From positions 1 through 64,000 of the forward strand of contig JBEKDT010000020.1 in the NCBI GenBank assembly GCA_050014195.1: DNA of 64,000 nucleotides, in the 5' to 3' direction. The stretch is from Desulfomonilia bacterium. Lineage in GTDB: Bacteria > Desulfobacterota > Desulfomonilia > UBA1062. A model generated the notes under the pieces. It saw only the letters and a program-made list of their open reading frames with translations, was not told the DNA's origin and did no database searches. Positions 59,031 to 64,000 of the stretch are shown here, one piece after another. The first letter of the stretch is position 1. Each line of letters starts with the position of its first letter. The position numbers and the translations under genes are program-made.

Positions 59031-59781
59031 GGTGAAAATCAGCGCACAGAATATCAACTTCTTCTACGGCAAGACCAAGGCCCTGAAGAACATATCTCTC
59101 GATATCTACGAGAAACAGGTCACGGCCTTCATCGGTCCTTCTGGCTGCGGCAAGTCCACCTTCATCAGGCTTTTGAACCGCATGAATGACCTCATACCAG
59201 GCTCAAGGGTGGATGGCCGGATCATGATGGACGGTTTCGACATCAACAACCCGAAGACCGATGTAGTGGATTTAAGGCGCCGCGTGGGCATGGTCTTTCA
59301 GAAGCCGAACCCCTTCCCCAAGACCATCTTTGAAAACATGGCCTATGGGCTCAGCATAGGCGGCATCAGGGACAAGAACTTCATAGAACAAAGGGTGGTC
59401 ACATCGCTCAAAAGGGCGGCGCTCTTTGAGGATGTAAAAGATCGTCTGAACGACAGTGCCCTGATGCTCTCGGGCGGACAGCAGCAGAGGCTCTGCATCG
59501 CCCGGTGCCTCGTGGTGGAGCCCGAGGTGATCTTGTTCGACGAACCCTGTGCCAGCCTTGACCCCATCTCCACACGCAAGATCGAGGAGCTTCTCCTGGA
59601 GCTCAAGAAAGACTACACCATCGTGATCGTAACCCATAACATGCAACAGGCCGCCCGCGTCTCGGACTACACCGCTTTTATGTACTTAGGCGAGCTCATC
59701 GAGTATGATCTCACAGAGAAGATCTTCACCGTGCCCAAGGAGCGTATGACCGAGGAATACCTAAGCGGCAAATTCGGATGA
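59020..59781 (+). CDS. pstB: Phosphate ABC ATPase
   Basis: [35 protein letters not shown]. Confidence 0.95.
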   Translation: MDPKVKISAQNINFFYGKTKALKNISLDIYEKQVTAFIGPSGCGKSTFIRLLNRMNDLIPGSRVDGRIMMDGFDINNPKTDVVDLRRRVGMVFQKPNPFPKTIFENMAYGLSIGGIRDKNFIEQRVVTSLKRAALFEDVKDRLNDSALMLSGGQQQRLCIARCLVVEPEVILFDEPCASLDPISTRKIEELLLELKKDYTIVIVTHNMQQAARVSDYTAFMYLGELIEYDLTEKIFTVPKERMTEEYLSGKFG

Positions 59782-59790
59782 GGAGCATTC

Positions 59791-60450
59791 ATGTTAGAAG
59801 AGACCAAACTGACAAACCTTAAGAAGACTCTCATGGAATTCGCTACCTTGGTGGAGTCCATGGTGGACCAGAGCATCACCGGCCTTAAAGTGAAGAAAGA
59901 GGATCAGCTCGCAGATGTCATACACCTTGACGAGCCGAGGGCGAACACCTATGAGATCGAACTCGATGAGAGGTGTGTGTCCATCATTGCCCAGCACCAG
60001 CCTACTGGCAAGGCCTTGCGCACCATCATCATGATCCTGCACATCAACAGCACCCTGGAGCGGATCGGAGACCATGCGGTCACCATAGCGGAGAGCGGCC
60101 TATTTCTCATCGAACGGCCCCCGGTCAAGTCTCTCATCGACATCCCGAGGATGGCCGATGTGGTGAAGTCCATGATATCGGACAGCATCACATCTTTTAT
60201 CAATGAGGATGCCGAGCTCGCCCGCAGCGTGTGCGAGCGCGACAGCATCGTGGACGGCCTGCGGACCCAGATCATCAGAGAGCTCATCACCTTCATGACT
60301 TCCGACCCCACCACCATAGAGCGGGCACTGCAGATCATGAAGATCGCGAGCAACCTCGAGCGCATCGCAGACCTCACCACCAATATATGCGAGGATGTGA
60401 TCTACATGGTCAAGGGTCAGGTGATAAAGCATCACAAAGATAGCTTATAA
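59791..60450 (+). CDS. phoU: Phosphate signalling protein
   Basis: LERIGDHA and LERIADL repeats. Confidence 0.93.
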   Translation: MLEETKLTNLKKTLMEFATLVESMVDQSITGLKVKKEDQLADVIHLDEPRANTYEIELDERCVSIIAQHQPTGKALRTIIMILHINSTLERIGDHAVTIAESGLFLIERPPVKSLIDIPRMADVVKSMISDSITSFINEDAELARSVCERDSIVDGLRTQIIRELITFMTSDPTTIERALQIMKIASNLERIADLTTNICEDVIYMVKGQVIKHHKDSL

Positions 60451-60639
60451 AATTAGTACTATATTATCAATATTAACATGGCATTATAAATACTAACCCA
60501 CATTCTTGATCGTGCGATAATTAGGCTATAATTACATAACAGATTATCTTATTTATTTTTCCCGCTTCCGTATTTCTTTAATTGGGCTACTTCTTATTCA
60601 CCTTTTGGCCCAACCGGGCACGGGTTTCAGAAACGGATC

Positions 60640-61611
60640 TTACAAAAGCGCTGCCACATAAAAGTCCAGCTCGGGCGCGGCCTTTCGAACAACAGAGAAT
60701 TTTCTGCCGTACATTGTGTGTTCAAAGCATTCGCAGGCACGTATTTTTCGGGAAAGTTCCGCAAGGTCTTCCGGTTTGCCTTGCTCAAGATTTCGCTCTA
60801 CATCAATATAGTGTTTGACCGCCTGGGATGCCTGCCACGACGGTTTCTGCTCAACAAACGGGTCCATTTGCATGGCCTGAAGGGCGTCCGCGCTGGCACC
60901 GACCAGTGTTGCGCCGCCGGAGATAATGATGATACGGTTTTTGCTCTTATCTACCGTGGAGGCGTTTACCCACCCCAGATTATAGTGCACTCCGCTAAAC
61001 CCACACATTTCGGGATCATCTTCCCGCTTATAGACCGGGGCATGGATAGCCTGAATAAAACAGCCAAGCAGCTCGATAAACGGACTGGGCGCCCACCTCG
61101 GGATACGTTGTGGATTCTGCCCGGCATCCACCCAGCCATAATAGTCATAATAAGTAATCCCGCTTGCGCAAACCTTCACCGCATCGAAACCGGGTGGAAA
61201 CGCATTGCCGAAATTCGTATTTGTCTGTCCCACAACCATGGATTTTTTATCGATATACAACACTTCGTCACAGTATCGATTTCTTGCATATGCATCACGG
61301 AGAAATGGGCGCATATACTCGTATAACCGCAATTCCTTCTTAATAGCGTTATCTACGGGCACCGCGCCGGTTGCGCCGACAACACCGTTTCCTGCCTTTC
61401 CTTCGTCCGGCGCCCAGATGCAGGATATATTTTCCTTCCATTGATATTGCGGGGCCATGCTGTCGATGTCCGTATCATAGGAAGACACATTGCGAAACAG
61501 CGCTTCCATCCGGGTCGCGATCTCCTGCGAAGTTTTTCTGGCCTCCACCGCCGAGGACTGGATCTCTTCAGCAACCCATTCAATTTCCTCGATGATATTT
61601 TTCATACTCAT
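60640..61611 (-). CDS. Hypothetical protein with a Cache-like domain, no TM
   Basis: NPQRIPRWAPSPFIE...IHAPVY...GFSGVHYNL resembles the dCache W..PY.D...I.APV motif. Confidence 0.55.
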   Translation of the reverse strand: MSMKNIIEEIEWVAEEIQSSAVEARKTSQEIATRMEALFRNVSSYDTDIDSMAPQYQWKENISCIWAPDEGKAGNGVVGATGAVPVDNAIKKELRLYEYMRPFLRDAYARNRYCDEVLYIDKKSMVVGQTNTNFGNAFPPGFDAVKVCASGITYYDYYGWVDAGQNPQRIPRWAPSPFIELLGCFIQAIHAPVYKREDDPEMCGFSGVHYNLGWVNASTVDKSKNRIIIISGGATLVGASADALQAMQMDPFVEQKPSWQASQAVKHYIDVERNLEQGKPEDLAELSRKIRACECFEHTMYGRKFSVVRKAAPELDFYVAALL

Positions 61612-61655
61612 ATCACCTTAACATGATCAGACCATGTTCATTGTAATCTCATACC

Positions 61656-62825
61656 TTAGTGTTGTTTCTTGTAATCCGGATTCACAGAACAGTGCATTTT
61701 ACTCTCACCATGTAACCAGAAACAACACTTGTTGCATCGGATACATTTTCTTATCTCTCCTTCTTTGCCTTGTGCTGACTTCCTTACAAAATCCTGGTCT
61801 GCAACCTGACTTCTTCCGATTGCAATGAGATCCGCTTTCTTTTCGGTAAGTATGGATTCTGCTGTCTTAAGACTGGTAATCGAACCAACTGCTATGACAG
61901 GTAAATTCGTATATCCTTTTATTTGGGATATTATCTCGACATGGGGGGCTTCGCCGAGATCTTTGCCCGGCATGCATCTCTTAAATGATTCCGTCTGAGT
62001 CCCTACAGATACATGGAAGATATCAACTCCGGCTTTTTCAAGAATAGGGATAATCGTTTTATAGTCTTCCGGCTCAAGCCCGTCTTCCAAAAAATCTTTA
62101 GCACTTATTCTGACAGAAATAATGACATCATCACCTATTTTCTTTCTGCTCTGTTTAATGATCTCTTTTAAAAAGCGAGTCCTATTTTCAAGGCAGCCAC
62201 CATACTTATCTTTCCGTTTGTTTGTGCGGGAAGATAAGAAGCCATGTAATAAATAGCCATGTGCTGCATGAAACTCGATCACCTGAGCTCCAGCCAGCGC
62301 ACCTCGGTAAGATGCCTCCACAAATTGATTGCGTACCCGCTCAATGTCTTCTTTCGTCATTTCTCTTAATTTGTACCCTGAACTTAATTTTGAAAGAACA
62401 GGATCAGGTACATTACTCGCGGCAATAAGCGCGTCTACCCCGGGAGGCGGAGCTAATGCCTGCCTCCCATTGTGCGCAAGCTGGAGTGAAACACCGCATC
62501 CATACCCTTTCAGCATAGTAAAAAGTTTCTTCAAGCCGGGTATGAACTCATCTTTGTCGATCCTTATTGATCCTTCATAGCCGGGAGGTACTTCGCCCAC
62601 GATTCCTGCTGCGCCAACGGTGATAAGGCCTGCTCCACCTTCAGCCATTTTCAGGTAAAAGCTCGTAAGTTCATCAGACACCTTGCCTTGATTTGCAAAG
62701 TTTACCACCCATGGAGGGACAACAATTCTATTTGGCAATGTAAGTTTTTTTATTGCCAGAGGTGAAAAAGTCTTCGGAAAATTTGATTGTGCATATTGCA
62801 TGTTGTTGAGATCTACTGTCATCAT
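61656..62825 (-). CDS. NADH:flavin oxidoreductase (Old Yellow Enzyme family)
   Basis: LPNRIV, QLAHNGR, EFHAAHGYLL, NKRKDKYGG, CIRCNKC. Confidence 0.92.
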   Translation of the reverse strand: MMTVDLNNMQYAQSNFPKTFSPLAIKKLTLPNRIVVPPWVVNFANQGKVSDELTSFYLKMAEGGAGLITVGAAGIVGEVPPGYEGSIRIDKDEFIPGLKKLFTMLKGYGCGVSLQLAHNGRQALAPPPGVDALIAASNVPDPVLSKLSSGYKLREMTKEDIERVRNQFVEASYRGALAGAQVIEFHAAHGYLLHGFLSSRTNKRKDKYGGCLENRTRFLKEIIKQSRKKIGDDVIISVRISAKDFLEDGLEPEDYKTIIPILEKAGVDIFHVSVGTQTESFKRCMPGKDLGEAPHVEIISQIKGYTNLPVIAVGSITSLKTAESILTEKKADLIAIGRSQVADQDFVRKSAQGKEGEIRKCIRCNKCCFWLHGESKMHCSVNPDYKKQH

Positions 62826-64000
62826 TCATTTCCCTCGTTTTGCCATTTCCTCAGCACGCAGATCCTTCCTTAATATCTTGCCAACCGTGCTCTTCGGGAG
62901 AGACTTCCTGAACTCGACTTCATCAGGCCATTTGTATTTTGCCAGTTTATCCTTGCAGAAGGTTATGATTTCATCAGGAGTGGCAGTATCTCCATCCTTC
63001 AGAACAACAAAGACTTTTACTGACTCACCGCGACTTGGATGCGGCACACCAATGGAACAAGCTTCTGCCACTTTCGGGTGCTGGTAGAGCACCTCATCAA
63101 TATCCCGCGGATACACATTTAATCCTCCGGATATGATCATATCTTTAAGTCTGTCCACGATATAGAAATATCCGTCATTATCCATCCTGGCGATGTCTCC
63201 GGTATGGAGCCAGCCGTCCCGGAGGGTCTCGTCGGTTTCTTCAGGCTTTCCCTTATAACCGCGCATAACCTGCGGACCTTGTATGATAAGCTCTCCTGAT
63301 TCACCGACAGAAACATCAGTCTTCCGGTCATTGATATCCACCAGGCGGCACTGCGTATCCGGCATTGGGATGCCGATGCTGCCAAGCTTCGTCTTACCTT
63401 TCGCAAATGGGTTGCAATGGGTCGCTGGAGAGGATTCGGTCATACCGAACCCTTCGCAGATAACAACCCCGGACTTTTCCTCGAATTGCCTTATTACATC
63501 TACTGGGAGCGGAGCGCTGCCCGAGAAGCAGCCCGTAACATAAGAAAGATCGAGGTCATTTATTTTCGGATGATTGAGTATCCCGATATACATAGTAGGA
63601 ACCAGGGGCAGGAATGTGGGTTTGAATTTTACAAGAGCCTCAAAGAGCTGTTCAGACTGAGGCCTTGGTACAAGGATATCACTCCAGGCCATGTAAACCG
63701 CGTAATTCATGGCGACCGTCAGCCCGAACACATGGAAAAATGGTAAAGCACCAAGCATGACCTCTTTCCCTTGTTTGAGTTTGGGAAACCACGCTGCAAT
63801 CTGCTGGACGTTCTTGCTCAGATTTCCGTGCGTAAGCTCTACACCTTTAGAAACACCTGTTGTTCCTCCGGTATATTGGTATTGCGCAATGTCATCCAGC
63901 GCAAGCTTAACCTCAATATTTTCCGGTTTATATTGCGCGATCATATCCTTCCACCGATATACATTTTCTGCTGGTTTCACATCTGCGGTTAGCTTCTTCT
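62826..64000 (-). CDS. Long-chain acyl-CoA ligase (5' part outside the window)
   Basis: QYTGGTTGVSKG, EGFGMTE, WLHTGD, DRLKDMII, LPKSTVGK. Confidence 0.93.
   Translation of the reverse strand, partial: KKLTADVKPAENVYRWKDMIAQYKPENIEVKLALDDIAQYQYTGGTTGVSKGVELTHGNLSKNVQQIAAWFPKLKQGKEVMLGALPFFHVFGLTVAMNYAVYMAWSDILVPRPQSEQLFEALVKFKPTFLPLVPTMYIGILNHPKINDLDLSYVTGCFSGSAPLPVDVIRQFEEKSGVVICEGFGMTESSPATHCNPFAKGKTKLGSIGIPMPDTQCRLVDINDRKTDVSVGESGELIIQGPQVMRGYKGKPEETDETLRDGWLHTGDIARMDNDGYFYIVDRLKDMIISGGLNVYPRDIDEVLYQHPKVAEACSIGVPHPSRGESVKVFVVLKDGDTATPDEIITFCKDKLAKYKWPDEVEFRKSLPKSTVGKILRKDLRAEEMAKRGK

Overview
64-kb bacterial chromosomal segment. Gene content (AOR/MoaD/ThiF, Fe-S proteins, molybdopterin oxidoreductase, acyl-CoA ligase, a selenoprotein) suggests an anaerobic deltaproteobacterium/Desulfobacterota; this is inference only. 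Most of it is ordinary metabolism: redox enzymes, HtrA proteases, a polar amino-acid ABC module, pgm, and a large phosphate cluster (CYTH-phoBR-DUF47-pit-pit-pstSCAB-phoU) with visible 11-bp-periodic Pho boxes. Three things stand out. (1) A 2521-bp IS1-family element (3190-5710; 23-bp TIRs, perfect 8-bp target duplication) splits a GH57 branching-enzyme gene and carries cargo: a leaderless basic 84-aa protein, an unknown 281-aa protein, a long hairpin and a complete CCA-ending 74-nt tRNA-like gene with a non-canonical anticodon loop. (2) A decaying integrase-less integron cassette array (33.9-36.0 kb) has attC sites, an attI-like first junction and a Pc-like promoter. (3) A CoA-disulfide reductase/NADH oxidase has its catalytic Cys codon replaced by UGA followed by a SECIS-like hairpin (selenoprotein, truncated in the ORF track). 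All product calls come from motif recognition by eye; no database searches were run.
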